Assembly (NCBI GenBank): GCA_047638595.1
Contig: JBLIMJ010000003.1
Coordinates: forward strand, 11,710-75,709
From: Acidimicrobiales bacterium
GTDB taxonomy: Bacteria; Patescibacteriota; Minisyncoccia; Phycocordibacterales; UBA918
Direction: 5' to 3'
DNA length: 64,000 nt
Shown: piece by piece, positions 40,621-51,869 of the stretch
How positions within the stretch are numbered: position 1 is the stretch's first letter
How the letters are laid out: each line of letters begins with the position of its first letter
The notes under the pieces: generated by a model
What the model was told of the DNA's origin: nothing
The model's database searches: none
Seen by the model: only the letters and a program-made list of their open reading frames with translations
Made by a program: the position numbers and the translations under genes

Positions 40621-40714
40621 ATGTTTCCTATTTTAGAATTATCTATCTCTATCTAAAACTTGAGTTTGGAATGGAATGCGAGACATGTGAAGAAAATTCT
40701 TGCTAGATGTCGAT

Positions 40715-42909
<2,195 letters not shown>

Positions 42910-42937
42910 TTAGTAATATAAATCAATAATAAGCTCT

Positions 42938-42975
42938 GTTCAGCGATTTGCCCAAGGGCAGAACAAATCGGGAAC
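42938..42975. repeat. 38 bp hairpin repeat, copy A (upstream of gyrB)
   Basis: gttcagcgatttgcccaagggcagaacaaatcgggaac; inverted near-copy at 51780-51817. Confidence 0.8.
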
Positions 42976-43205
42976 TAAATTCAATATAGGCTTTTTTAAA
43001 GCCTTATTTCATTCAATTATAACATATTTTACCTCTTTTTAGTGGTTGATAATTCACGTTTTCATGGACCTAATTTGGGAGAAAGTGGTAAATTATCAGA
43101 ATCAAAAATTAAGTTATACACAGATACCCCTTGACCCTTGCTTTTATTCGGGTGTATGGTGTAAATAAGGTCATTCATTATCTCAAATCATGAAAGGAGC
43201 TCGAT

Positions 43206-43415
43206 ATGACTGAGAAAACCGCAGAAAAATACCCTTGGTTGCAGCCAGACTTTGACGAAAAGGCTGAAGCTGCAAAAGCAAGGGAATGTGCTAATACAAA
43301 ACGTGTACCTGTGCTTTCATGGCTTGGGATTCCGACACTTCATGATTCTGGTTGGGCAGAATATCTCATTTTTGCTAAAAAGCACTATAACCCACCAAAT
43401 CGTATGGCACAGTAA
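43206..43415 (+). CDS. Hypothetical protein (69 aa)
   Basis: GAAAGGAG SD 6 nt before ATG. Confidence 0.6.
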   Translation: MTEKTAEKYPWLQPDFDEKAEAAKARECANTKRVPVLSWLGIPTLHDSGWAEYLIFAKKHYNPPNRMAQ

Positions 43416-43569
43416 CCACACTAATGTAACTGACGTAGTGGGTTTTCATCCTCAGAAAGCCCACTCGTCACCATTACAACGTAGAGCATTGTAATAGAAT
43501 GAAATACCTTCTCGAATGAGAGGTTTTATTTTATATTATTTCTTAAATGTTGTTTAGCGAGTCTGCTGA

Positions 43570-45504
43570 TTATCGAGTTTCCCAATCTTGTTCTGTAGCC
43601 GCTTTGTACACTTTATCCATTTCAGTATTCACTTCATCATCAGTGAGTGTTCGATCCATTGCTTGAAATACCAAACGAAATGCAAGTGACGTCCTTCCCT
43701 CTTTACTAAATTCATCAACATGTGTCGTACGTATTCGCAAGTCCCCTGCTGATTCATTGAGCACCTTTTCCACATCTTCCTTCGAAGTTCCTTCTGGAAC
43801 CCACATTGCAATATCACGAGTCATAGCTGGATACAGAGAAAAAGGTTTATACGCAATCTCTTCTGCAACAGAAACAGTTTCGTACGCAGCTGGCGCAGGA
43901 AGAGATTCAAATACTTCAGTGAAGTTACATTCAAACACCCCCTTCTCAATACTACGGTTAACCGTAGTATTGAGCTTTGATTCGATTACTCCCAACACTT
44001 CTTCAAGTACTGCCTCATCTTTTGGGTTGTAGCCACTTGCTTTGGTTCGTACGCCAAGTGCCAGAGATACATGTTCTGCAATGCCACCTTCTGTTTTATG
44101 AAAAACTGTTCCAATTTCAAATACACGAATATCTTCGATGCCGAGCAAGTCGGTAAATCCTGCATTTTTATCTAGAACGTCCACAATCCCCTTTGCCAGG
44201 TTGGAGCGCATGTATTCTTTATCACTTGCAAGCGCATTTTGTAGTCGTATTTTATCTTTCTTCCTAAAGGATGAGATGATGACCTCAGAGAAACCTAACC
44301 CGACCAAAACATCACGAACTTGTTCGCTGTAGGAGTGTCGTGCATTAAGCTCCGTAAGGGCCACCGTCTCTGGCACAACTGACTCAATCTTATCTAGGCC
44401 GTATACTCGTCCAATTTCTTCAGTAAAGTCCTCCTCGATTGATAGGTCAGTTCGCTCCCATGGACCAACACATTCAAAGTGGTCCCCCGCTTTTTCTACA
44501 GTAGCTCCCATACGCGTAAGGATTGATTCCATCTCATCCTCTGACAGAGACAGTCCCAGTAACGCATTTACCTTTTCAGGTCGTACGCTCACTTTTGTAT
44601 TTTCTTTTTTCTCTAGATAGACATCAAGCACTCCCTGTCCTGCTCCTCCAGCAATATCGGCAATCAGTGCAGTAACTTCTTGTTGTGCGCAGAGTGGCAA
44701 CTCTCGTGAACATTCATTTTCAAAACGTTTTGAAGCGTCAATGACAATACCAAGTCGCCGTGCTGTCTTACGTGTAAGCGTAGCGTCAAAGTGTGCACAC
44801 TCGATAATTATCTTCGTAGTATTTTCATCCACTCCTGCAAATCGTCCGCCCTTTACTCCTGCTAGACCAATTGGAGTGTTTGACGATTTATCAATAATCA
44901 AAAGTTCGGTACCTTTCAGAACTACATCACGGTCTTCATCCTTCCCGCCTTCAGCAATCAAACTCACTACCTCTCCTTCCTTTGCATACCGTACAGCAAA
45001 TTGCCACTTTCCATCTACTTGTGGGAATTTATCAGCATCATACGCATGGATTGGTTGCCCAATGGCATACATGACGTAGTTGGTTGCATCAACAATATTA
45101 TTGATTGGTCGCTGACCGAGGGCCTGCAGTCGGTCCTGTAGCCACCGTGGTGAATCTTTCACCTCAATGCCCGTCATCAATGACGCAGTAAATCGTGGAC
45201 ACGCTTTTTCATCTTCTATATCAACCGTAATAACGTCAGTCTCTTGTGGAGTAATTTCTTTCTGAAGTGGATCGTTTACTAAAGGTACTCCTGTAATAGT
45301 TGCGATTTCACGCGCAATGCCTCGATGGCACAAGCAGTCTGACGAACGGTTTGGCAACACATCCACATCAATCACTTCGTGCCCTGCGACTGTTTCAATT
45401 CCTTCGATCTCAAAAGAATGGAATGTCAAAAGCTTCTCAATCTCTTGCGCAGAAGGAATGGAGTCACCAATATAATCTTTAAGCCAATTGTGTACTACTA
45501 ACAT
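43570..45504 (-). CDS. pheT: Phenylalanine--tRNA ligase beta subunit (short form)
   Basis: PNRSSDCLCHRGIARE, INNIVDATNYVM, DASKRFE, FDX-ACB C-terminus (RDIA..TSLAFRL..DRTLTD). Confidence 0.95.
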   Translation of the reverse strand: MLVVHNWLKDYIGDSIPSAQEIEKLLTFHSFEIEGIETVAGHEVIDVDVLPNRSSDCLCHRGIAREIATITGVPLVNDPLQKEITPQETDVITVDIEDEKACPRFTASLMTGIEVKDSPRWLQDRLQALGQRPINNIVDATNYVMYAIGQPIHAYDADKFPQVDGKWQFAVRYAKEGEVVSLIAEGGKDEDRDVVLKGTELLIIDKSSNTPIGLAGVKGGRFAGVDENTTKIIIECAHFDATLTRKTARRLGIVIDASKRFENECSRELPLCAQQEVTALIADIAGGAGQGVLDVYLEKKENTKVSVRPEKVNALLGLSLSEDEMESILTRMGATVEKAGDHFECVGPWERTDLSIEEDFTEEIGRVYGLDKIESVVPETVALTELNARHSYSEQVRDVLVGLGFSEVIISSFRKKDKIRLQNALASDKEYMRSNLAKGIVDVLDKNAGFTDLLGIEDIRVFEIGTVFHKTEGGIAEHVSLALGVRTKASGYNPKDEAVLEEVLGVIESKLNTTVNRSIEKGVFECNFTEVFESLPAPAAYETVSVAEEIAYKPFSLYPAMTRDIAMWVPEGTSKEDVEKVLNESAGDLRIRTTHVDEFSKEGRTSLAFRLVFQAMDRTLTDDEVNTEMDKVYKAATEQDWETR

Positions 45505-45515
45505 AAAATATCTGA

Positions 45516-46232
45516 CTAAAACTGATTAATGAAACGAAGGTCTCCAGTGTACAAGTCACGCACATCATTGATTCCATACTTCATAACTGCCAAGCGATCA
45601 ATTCCCATGCCGAACGCAAATCCTGAATACACTTCTGGGTCAACTCCTGCATCTTTCAGAACATTTGGATGCACCATTCCTGCTCCCATAACTTCAATCC
45701 ATTTATTGGCAAGCTTGCTATCGCTACCTTTAAGCATCATATCGATTTCTACACCCGGCTCCACAAACGGGAAAAAACTTGGTCGAAAACGAATCTCTGT
45801 TTTACCTCCAAAAAACTTAGAGAAGAAATACTCAATAGTCCCCTTCAAGTGTCCCATGTGTACTCCCTTATCTACATACAACCCTTCAAGCTGGTGAAAT
45901 TGCGCTTCATGCGTTGCATCGGTCGCTTCATTACGGAATACTTTCCCAGGAACAATAACTCGAACAGGCGGTTCATGTGACTCCATAAACCGTGTTTGCA
46001 CAGGTGAGGTATGAGTTCGTAACACTGTAGGCTCCGTGACATCCTCATTACGAAACCAGAATGTATCTTGCATATCTCGAGCAGGGTGATCTTTGGGTAC
46101 ATTAAGTTTATCGAAGTTATAGACCTCAGTCTCAGCCTCTGGGCCTTCAGCAAACACAAAGCCAATCTCAGAAAAAATACTGTTAATCTCAGATATCATT
46201 TGTGTTAATGGGTGTTGATGTCCTTTTTGCAT
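45516..46232 (-). CDS. pheS: Phenylalanine--tRNA ligase alpha subunit (no N-terminal coiled coil)
   Basis: HPARDMQDTF, LRTHTSPVQ, FRPSFFPFVEP, GFAFGMGIDR. Confidence 0.97.
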   Translation of the reverse strand: MQKGHQHPLTQMISEINSIFSEIGFVFAEGPEAETEVYNFDKLNVPKDHPARDMQDTFWFRNEDVTEPTVLRTHTSPVQTRFMESHEPPVRVIVPGKVFRNEATDATHEAQFHQLEGLYVDKGVHMGHLKGTIEYFFSKFFGGKTEIRFRPSFFPFVEPGVEIDMMLKGSDSKLANKWIEVMGAGMVHPNVLKDAGVDPEVYSGFAFGMGIDRLAVMKYGINDVRDLYTGDLRFINQF

Positions 46233-46274
46233 AGGTTCTTATAGTATCAAAAGTTTAATAATCGTGCAGGACTA

Positions 46275-47429
46275 CTATTGCTGAAGTTCAGTAAAGACTT
46301 CTACATAGTACTCATCATCTTTAATTAAGATTCGGCCTCCATCAAGTACTACCTGCAAATAATCTCCTGGGTAGAGTAATTGTACGTTTTGCCAAGAATG
46401 GTCATCTATTTCTACAACATACACTCCATCTTGTAATTGCATAAGTATGTGATCTCTACTCCCTGGAAGGAAATCGAACCACTGTACACTCTGCCACAAT
46501 CGGTCAATACGAATCTCTGTGCGACATATACGATCAGTTACATACAATGCATTGGAAAACTCACTGGTTGTTCCATATTCATTCAAAAGAGCATCGTAGA
46601 CATGTTGTCCATATAACGAAATAGTGCTTGAGGCCTCTTCATGATTTACACAGAAGTAATACGGGATATCATTATCTTTACCAGTCCACTGGGCATACAC
46701 ATCACCTTCCTTTTCAGATAATTGGACATCGCGCCACAATTTTGTTGTTGTTGCAGATATCGTTGAAGTTGTGGTTGGTGTCACGGGACCAAAGGTAAAA
46801 CGGTTTTCTTCTATCAATTCTTGTTGGCGTTTGAGTAATAACTTTTCTTCTGAGGATGATGCAAAAAGTGTTTCAATATATACAAACTCAGGATTCAGTT
46901 CGTACGTTGTGGTAGCGGTTGTTGTTGCCTGAAAAATAATATTGGTTGTAGAGGCAAATATAAACTTCGTGGTTGTTGCTTCATCAAATAAAACAGTACT
47001 TCCCTCAAGAGTTTCATACTCAGTTACCAAACGTATTTGTGGGACAGTGGGCATATTAAAACTTTGTACTTCAGTCACAAAATGAGAGAAGACAGGGAGC
47101 TCTTTTATCCATGTTTGAAGACCAGCACTTTGTGTATGTACTTGGTGGATGTCTGCCTCTAGGTTTTGTATATATGCGGCGTTCTGGAAAATACGCATAT
47201 CTTCCACTGGTTCATCATCAATATACATTTCAATATCCTGAATCTCAGAGGTTACATACACACCACCGACACTTTTAATGTTGCTCACCTCTCCAGCAAA
47301 ATCAAAACGGTACCCTACAGCATAAAAAACAAGTAGCGGTACGGTCACACAAAAAACAAGTATCGAACATATAAATATGATTCGTCTTTGGAGGTGTGGA
47401 AGAGGTTTTACTTCAGGTGTTGGTGTCAT
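46275..47429 (-). CDS. Membrane-anchored hypothetical protein (PEGA-like domain after TM)
   Basis: TM then YAVGYRFD..GGVYVTS..MYIDD; Thr-rich stretches. Confidence 0.65.
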   Translation of the reverse strand: MTPTPEVKPLPHLQRRIIFICSILVFCVTVPLLVFYAVGYRFDFAGEVSNIKSVGGVYVTSEIQDIEMYIDDEPVEDMRIFQNAAYIQNLEADIHQVHTQSAGLQTWIKELPVFSHFVTEVQSFNMPTVPQIRLVTEYETLEGSTVLFDEATTTKFIFASTTNIIFQATTTATTTYELNPEFVYIETLFASSSEEKLLLKRQQELIEENRFTFGPVTPTTTSTISATTTKLWRDVQLSEKEGDVYAQWTGKDNDIPYYFCVNHEEASSTISLYGQHVYDALLNEYGTTSEFSNALYVTDRICRTEIRIDRLWQSVQWFDFLPGSRDHILMQLQDGVYVVEIDDHSWQNVQLLYPGDYLQVVLDGGRILIKDDEYYVEVFTELQQ

Positions 47430-47438
47430 AATTATAAA

Positions 47439-48992
47439 TTATATGCGGGTCTTTGGTGTTACCCAAAAGCCCATATACCTTCCAAGCATTAGTCGGGTCT
47501 GAGAGTGTAGACCAGGAATCGCACTGAACACAATCATCGTTATCGGCACAAGAATCCACTGCAGCGCAAGAACAACATACTTCAGCCGGCTTTTTTCTTT
47601 AGGTCGTGGCGGAAGCATTGTAAGTGAAATAACTGATGAAATAACTAACCCAAACATTGCAAACATAAGAAGGTCGCGGACCATAATAGGAAGATTGTAT
47701 GACAATACGGTTTGGTGAAATTCTGGAGTTCCGAGGAAGATAGGTGCCCACCCGAGAATAAAGAGCATGATTGGATTAGTTACCAATGACCAATAACCTT
47801 CAGCTTGTTGTAGGCCAATAGTTATTCGACGACGTAATGGTATTTTTTTATTTTTAGTGAAGTGATACACAATGTAACAAAAATTCTCTACACCATATGT
47901 CCATCGTTGGTGCTGTCTATAAATGTTTTTAATAGTTTGCCAAAGAGTTGAGGCTGCATTGGCATCCATAGAAACTGGGTACGACAGAGGTACCGCACGA
48001 TAATCTCCGTCATTGGCCATAAGAAGATTCCAGAAAATACGCGAGTCTTCGTTAACCATATTGCTCTGCCAATATCCCACTTCGTACAGTGCCTGAAAAC
48101 TCACTGAGTGTGACGAGAAGGTCGCCATTCGCTCTGGACGTTCCTGCTGTATCATTTCCCAGAATGTACTGCTCATAGCAACCACACGAGCTACCGCTGG
48201 TGCTTCCCAAATGTTGTTATTGAAAATAGGTATTGGCTGGAAAGATGTCTTCAAGGGATGCTCCACAGTCATGAAGTGCCAAACTAAACAATTGAAATAA
48301 TCTGGATAGAGTACAGTGTCGATATCAAAAATCGAGACTAGTGTGTGGTTGTATCGAATACCGTGTGGGTCAAGAATTTTTACCCGAGCTTGTTCTGCTG
48401 CATACGTCGCGTTGGAACCTTTACCAGCCATTTCACCAGGAACATCTTTAGGGTGTGTAGTCACAAGGAATGAACCGAAGGTATCACCCCACTTATCCTT
48501 CATCGACTGAGCTACCTTTTGAGCAGATTCCCCTGCTCGTTCTTCCGCAGCAAGAACGATAATGATACTTTTTTTGTCATAACGGGTATCAGCAAGAGAC
48601 TGTATGGTTGCGTTAACAATATCTTCTGGCTCCTCAAAAAAAGGAAGAACGACCATTTGATACAGGTGACCAAATTCAAAACGTTCTATCATCTGAACCC
48701 AATCTAATGAAAGATGATGTCGAAGACGTTTCCAGTTGTAGCGTAAGTGGTATGAGAGAAATGCAGTTTTTAACACCCAGTAGATAGCAAAGCCAATAAT
48801 GAAGTATGCCGCAATGAACGGTGCATAGTTGGACATCCATAACACACCTAAGAGAGTTGTCCACGCAGCTGCGCCAGGAAGAATTTCTAGAAAACGATAA
48901 AAACGCCTGTCTTTCCCAGAAAGCTCAGGTGCGCGTCCCACTTTAAAGTCCGTACGTTGTGCATACGGTAGTAAATGCGATGATTCCTCCAT
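47439..48992 (-). CDS. Family 2 glycosyltransferase, integral membrane
   Basis: GKGSN, FDID (DxD), NED, QHQRW (QxxRW) motifs; flanking TMs. Confidence 0.88.
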   Translation of the reverse strand: MEESSHLLPYAQRTDFKVGRAPELSGKDRRFYRFLEILPGAAAWTTLLGVLWMSNYAPFIAAYFIIGFAIYWVLKTAFLSYHLRYNWKRLRHHLSLDWVQMIERFEFGHLYQMVVLPFFEEPEDIVNATIQSLADTRYDKKSIIIVLAAEERAGESAQKVAQSMKDKWGDTFGSFLVTTHPKDVPGEMAGKGSNATYAAEQARVKILDPHGIRYNHTLVSIFDIDTVLYPDYFNCLVWHFMTVEHPLKTSFQPIPIFNNNIWEAPAVARVVAMSSTFWEMIQQERPERMATFSSHSVSFQALYEVGYWQSNMVNEDSRIFWNLLMANDGDYRAVPLSYPVSMDANAASTLWQTIKNIYRQHQRWTYGVENFCYIVYHFTKNKKIPLRRRITIGLQQAEGYWSLVTNPIMLFILGWAPIFLGTPEFHQTVLSYNLPIMVRDLLMFAMFGLVISSVISLTMLPPRPKEKSRLKYVVLALQWILVPITMIVFSAIPGLHSQTRLMLGRYMGFWVTPKTRI

Positions 48993-49081
48993 ATTCGTAA
49001 TCGTGAGTATATACTTATTTTAGCTTAAAATAAAGCTTTTAAGGCGTTATTTGTGTGTTTTAAATTATCGAGTGTGGAATG

Positions 49082-49236
49082 AAAACTCCCCGATGCAAGC
49101 ATTCCCCTCATTCACTGCGCTATCGCTACGTTCATTCGGCGGGGTATCTTTCTGTGCTTCGCCCTATGTATATATGAAAACCAAGGTTTTCAAACTTTCC
49201 TTTGGTTCATCCCCGCAGCAAGCTGACGGGGTATTC
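49082..49236. mobile_element. REP/PATE-like non-autonomous palindromic element (possibly IS200/IS605-end derived)
   Basis: Two related hairpins ccccgatgcaagcat..cggggtat and ccccgcagcaagctgacggggtat ~130 bp apart; no ORF. Confidence 0.5.
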
Positions 49237-49252
49237 TTTTTAAATAATGAGC

Positions 49253-49428
49253 GTCACGAATCACTAACTATATTTCTGCGCTTCGCTTGAAATCTAGCAA
49301 GTGTTCTCGACCCCGCCTCACTTGTTCGTCGCAAGCTCCTCACAGCGCTCCGGCTTGGCTCCAGGCACGTACCTGACGCAGGTCAGGTACTAAAAAAGTC
49401 CCTTGCGGGACTTTTTTGCCTGGAGCCA
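49253..49428 (-). repeat. Multi-hairpin region downstream of tRNA-Thr incl. inverted copy of tRNA 3' end
   Basis: tggctccaggca (49356-49367) pairs with tgcctggagcca (49417-49428); terminator aaaaaagtccc-ttgc-gggactttttt; gag-gagc-tt-gcgac-gaa motif on minus strand. Confidence 0.7.
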
Positions 49429-49496
49429 CCTGTCAGATTCGAACTGACGACCTACTCATTACAAGTGAGTTGCTCTACCAACTGAGCTAAGGTGGC
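49421..49496 (-). tRNA. tRNA-Thr (TGT)
   Basis: GCCACCTTAGCTCAGTTGGTAGAGC..CTTGTAA..GTTCGAATC..GGTGGCTCCA; 76 nt, CCA encoded. Confidence 0.97.
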
Positions 49497-49534
49497 GTAT
49501 TGAATTGTACTATTGGTCTAACTTTAATTTCACG

Positions 49535-49606
49535 GCAACTCACTTGTGACAAGTGATTCGGAAGTGTCCCACACTTCCTCATCTCTACCAACTGAGCTAA
49601 GGTGGC
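49535..49606 (-). pseudogene. Duplicated 5' fragment of tRNA-Thr
   Basis: 24 nt identical to tRNA 5' end at 49583-49606; inverted anticodon-arm fragment gcaactcacttgt at ~49535-49547. Confidence 0.75.
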
Positions 49607-49691
49607 TCTCAGGGTTTAAGCTGAGAAAATTATTTATTTGTCTTCTTCTGCAAAGTGGGACTATTATTGCAAGTTTTGAAAAATTTGCAAC

Positions 49692-50111
49692 CTATGCCTC
49701 GTGTGATCTCATTTTTTCTTTTTGAACATCAGTAAGTGCAACCTCTTCTTTATGCTCGGTCATAGCGTCCAGATGTGTTCTCTTCTTTGCACTACGGATA
49801 TCTTTGGACACTTGTTTGTTGCGTCGTAACAAGTTTTCAACCCATTTCTCAGCACGGTTAATAAGTGATAGGAATTTTTGTAACACACTATGTGCAAGAT
49901 AATGAAGCATCAGGCGTAAAAACCCTCTACCAACATAAGTATCCATCTTTGATAGCGCACCGGATAATTTTACGATGCTTTTATTAAACAAACTTCTCGT
50001 ATGCGCGAGAACTAGTAAATGACTCCCTCGTGCATCTTCAATACGGAAAATCGCTGAGATGACCACCAGAATCATTGCACTGGACGCAAAACATATTAAT
50101 GCGATAGTCAT
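49692..50111 (-). CDS. Hypothetical membrane-anchored protein
   Basis: 4 nt after tsf stop; N-terminal hydrophobic helix. Confidence 0.7.
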   Translation of the reverse strand: MTIALICFASSAMILVVISAIFRIEDARGSHLLVLAHTRSLFNKSIVKLSGALSKMDTYVGRGFLRLMLHYLAHSVLQKFLSLINRAEKWVENLLRRNKQVSKDIRSAKKRTHLDAMTEHKEEVALTDVQKEKMRSHEA

Positions 50112-50115
50112 GTAC

Positions 50116-50706
50116 CTATTTTACGGAAACTCTTGAAACTTGTGCAATCGCAACGTTCTCCCCAAACTTCTGAACTGCCCCTGTTACCATTTCTGCAATT
50201 GTGGTATCGGGATTTTTAACGAAAGATTGTTCCAGTAAAATTTGATCCTTAAAGTAGCTATTAAGCTTCCCTTCCATGATTTTTTCCTGCATTTCTTCTG
50301 GCTTGTCTTTTACATCTTCTGCAAAAACTTCCTTAGCTTTTTCAATGATTGTGTCGTCTAATTCATCCTTAGAGATATACTTTGGGTCCATTGCTGTAAC
50401 ATGCATTGCAATATCATTTGCAAGCGTAATAAATTCTTCATTTTTAGAAACAAAGTCTGTCTCGCATGAAAGGAGTACCAATGAAGCTACTTCATTGGTG
50501 TTATGGATATATGAACCTACTACACCAGCGCCAAGTACCCGGTCTGATTTCTTATCAGCAGCTTCGCTTCGCTTTTTCTTCAAGATGATAAGTGCTTTAT
50601 CCATATCACCTTCTGCTTCTTCAAGAGATTTTTTACACTGCATAACTGAGATTCCAGTTTTCTCTCGCAGTTCTTTAATTTGTGTTGATGTAATTTCCAT
50701 ACTCAA
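50116..50706 (-). CDS. tsf: Elongation factor Ts (short form)
   Basis: IKELREKTGISVMQCKKSL, SCETDFV, LLEQSFVKNP. Confidence 0.96.
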   Translation of the reverse strand: MSMEITSTQIKELREKTGISVMQCKKSLEEAEGDMDKALIILKKKRSEAADKKSDRVLGAGVVGSYIHNTNEVASLVLLSCETDFVSKNEEFITLANDIAMHVTAMDPKYISKDELDDTIIEKAKEVFAEDVKDKPEEMQEKIMEGKLNSYFKDQILLEQSFVKNPDTTIAEMVTGAVQKFGENVAIAQVSRVSVK

Positions 50707-50752
50707 TGTACTTAACTAAGTGAATTAATAGATATATCTGCGTCTGTAGATA

Positions 50753-51538
50753 CTATCGACGGTCAAATGTTCGTCGTGGCCGTGGTCGAGCTCCTTCGCT
50801 TCGCTGTGGCCGAGTTGATCGAACTGGTGCTGGCACGTATTTTGTTCGTCCTTCAGCGTATGCAGCAGTTATTTCTGTCAATGCGAGTTCCACACTTGAA
50901 GTGAGCGCATCATTTACTAAAATCGGTAATTGAACTTTTTTTGCATCACAGTCAGAACTCATGATTGCCACAACAGGAATGTTGAGATCATTCGCTTCTT
51001 GTACTGCGATAAAATCGTGACGTGGGTCAACAACCACCATCAACGCAGGAGTACGATCCATGCTCTTTACACCACCGAAATTAAATTCCAACTTATCAAC
51101 CTCCCTTCCGATAACTACTCGTTCCTTTTTAATGTATTTACGTTCGAGTTCTCCTGACTCACGTTCAGCAGTGAGTGTCTTGAGACGTTCAATTCGCTTT
51201 TTGATTTCTGAGTTGTTTGTAAGGAGTCCTCCAATCCAACGGTTTGTTACAAATGGCATTTCTACCTTTTGTGATGCCTCATTTACTAATTTTGAAACTT
51301 CATCTTTAGTCCCCACAAAGAGTACCGTTTTCCCGTTTTCACCTGCTTCAGCAAGTACTTTCTTAACTGAGTCTATTTGTGTTGCAGTCTGTTCAAGGTC
51401 AAAAATATCAGTTCCATTTTTTGAACCAAAAATAAATGGTACTACTGAAGGGTGACGTCGGCTTTTGCTAAAACCAAAATGAGCACCTGCTTTAAAGAGG
51501 CGTTCAATCAGGTTTGTTTCGTTGTTTTCTGTTGACAT
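50753..51538 (-). CDS. rpsB: 30S ribosomal protein S2
   Basis: AGAHFG, LFVGTK, RWIGGLLTN; start ATG 51538. Confidence 0.97.
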   Translation of the reverse strand: MSTENNETNLIERLFKAGAHFGFSKSRRHPSVVPFIFGSKNGTDIFDLEQTATQIDSVKKVLAEAGENGKTVLFVGTKDEVSKLVNEASQKVEMPFVTNRWIGGLLTNNSEIKKRIERLKTLTAERESGELERKYIKKERVVIGREVDKLEFNFGGVKSMDRTPALMVVVDPRHDFIAVQEANDLNIPVVAIMSSDCDAKKVQLPILVNDALTSSVELALTEITAAYAEGRTKYVPAPVRSTRPQRSEGARPRPRRTFDRR

Positions 51539-51552
51539 ATATTTAGATAATT

Positions 51553-51660
51553 CCAGCACCTCCTTTGTTAATTAATAAACTGTATTCTGTGACATCGAGG
51601 TGGCACCCATAAATGACGCCGCACGAGCACAGTACCCCAGTAATAAAGGAGTGCTGAGTA
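51553..51660 (-). promoter_or_regulatory. rpsB 5' leader (likely S2 autoregulatory structure)
   Basis: Minus strand cagcactcc..ggaggtgctg long-range stem enclosing further hairpins, directly before rpsB. Confidence 0.6.
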
Positions 51661-51779
51661 TATAAAAGTAGGAACCTTTATATAAAAAAGCGCTTTTGCG
51701 CAACGGCGAAATAGTACCACAGGGTATAGAGAGGTGCAATAGTGAATGAAAAAGGAGTGTAACGACTATTTTGAACTTA

Positions 51780-51817
51780 GGTCCCGATTCGTTCTGCCCT
51801 TGGGCGAATCGCTGGAC
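51780..51817. repeat. 38 bp hairpin repeat, copy B
   Basis: ggtcccgattcgttctgcccttgggcgaatcgctggac; reverse complement of 42938-42975 with paired changes. Confidence 0.8.
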
Positions 51818-51869
51818 TTAAAAAACAAAAATTTTGCTTACTCTAGCAAAGTAGCTGAGTAGAGATAAA

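Noticed and set aside
43570-46232. Short PheS/PheT (and ThrS, EF-Ts) as pseudogenes
   Set aside because: Catalytic motifs intact and frames uninterrupted; accessory-domain loss is expected in reduced genomes
49497-49606. tRNA duplication as prophage/ICE attachment site
   Set aside because: Only ~86 bp between copies and no integrase or cargo; at most a scar
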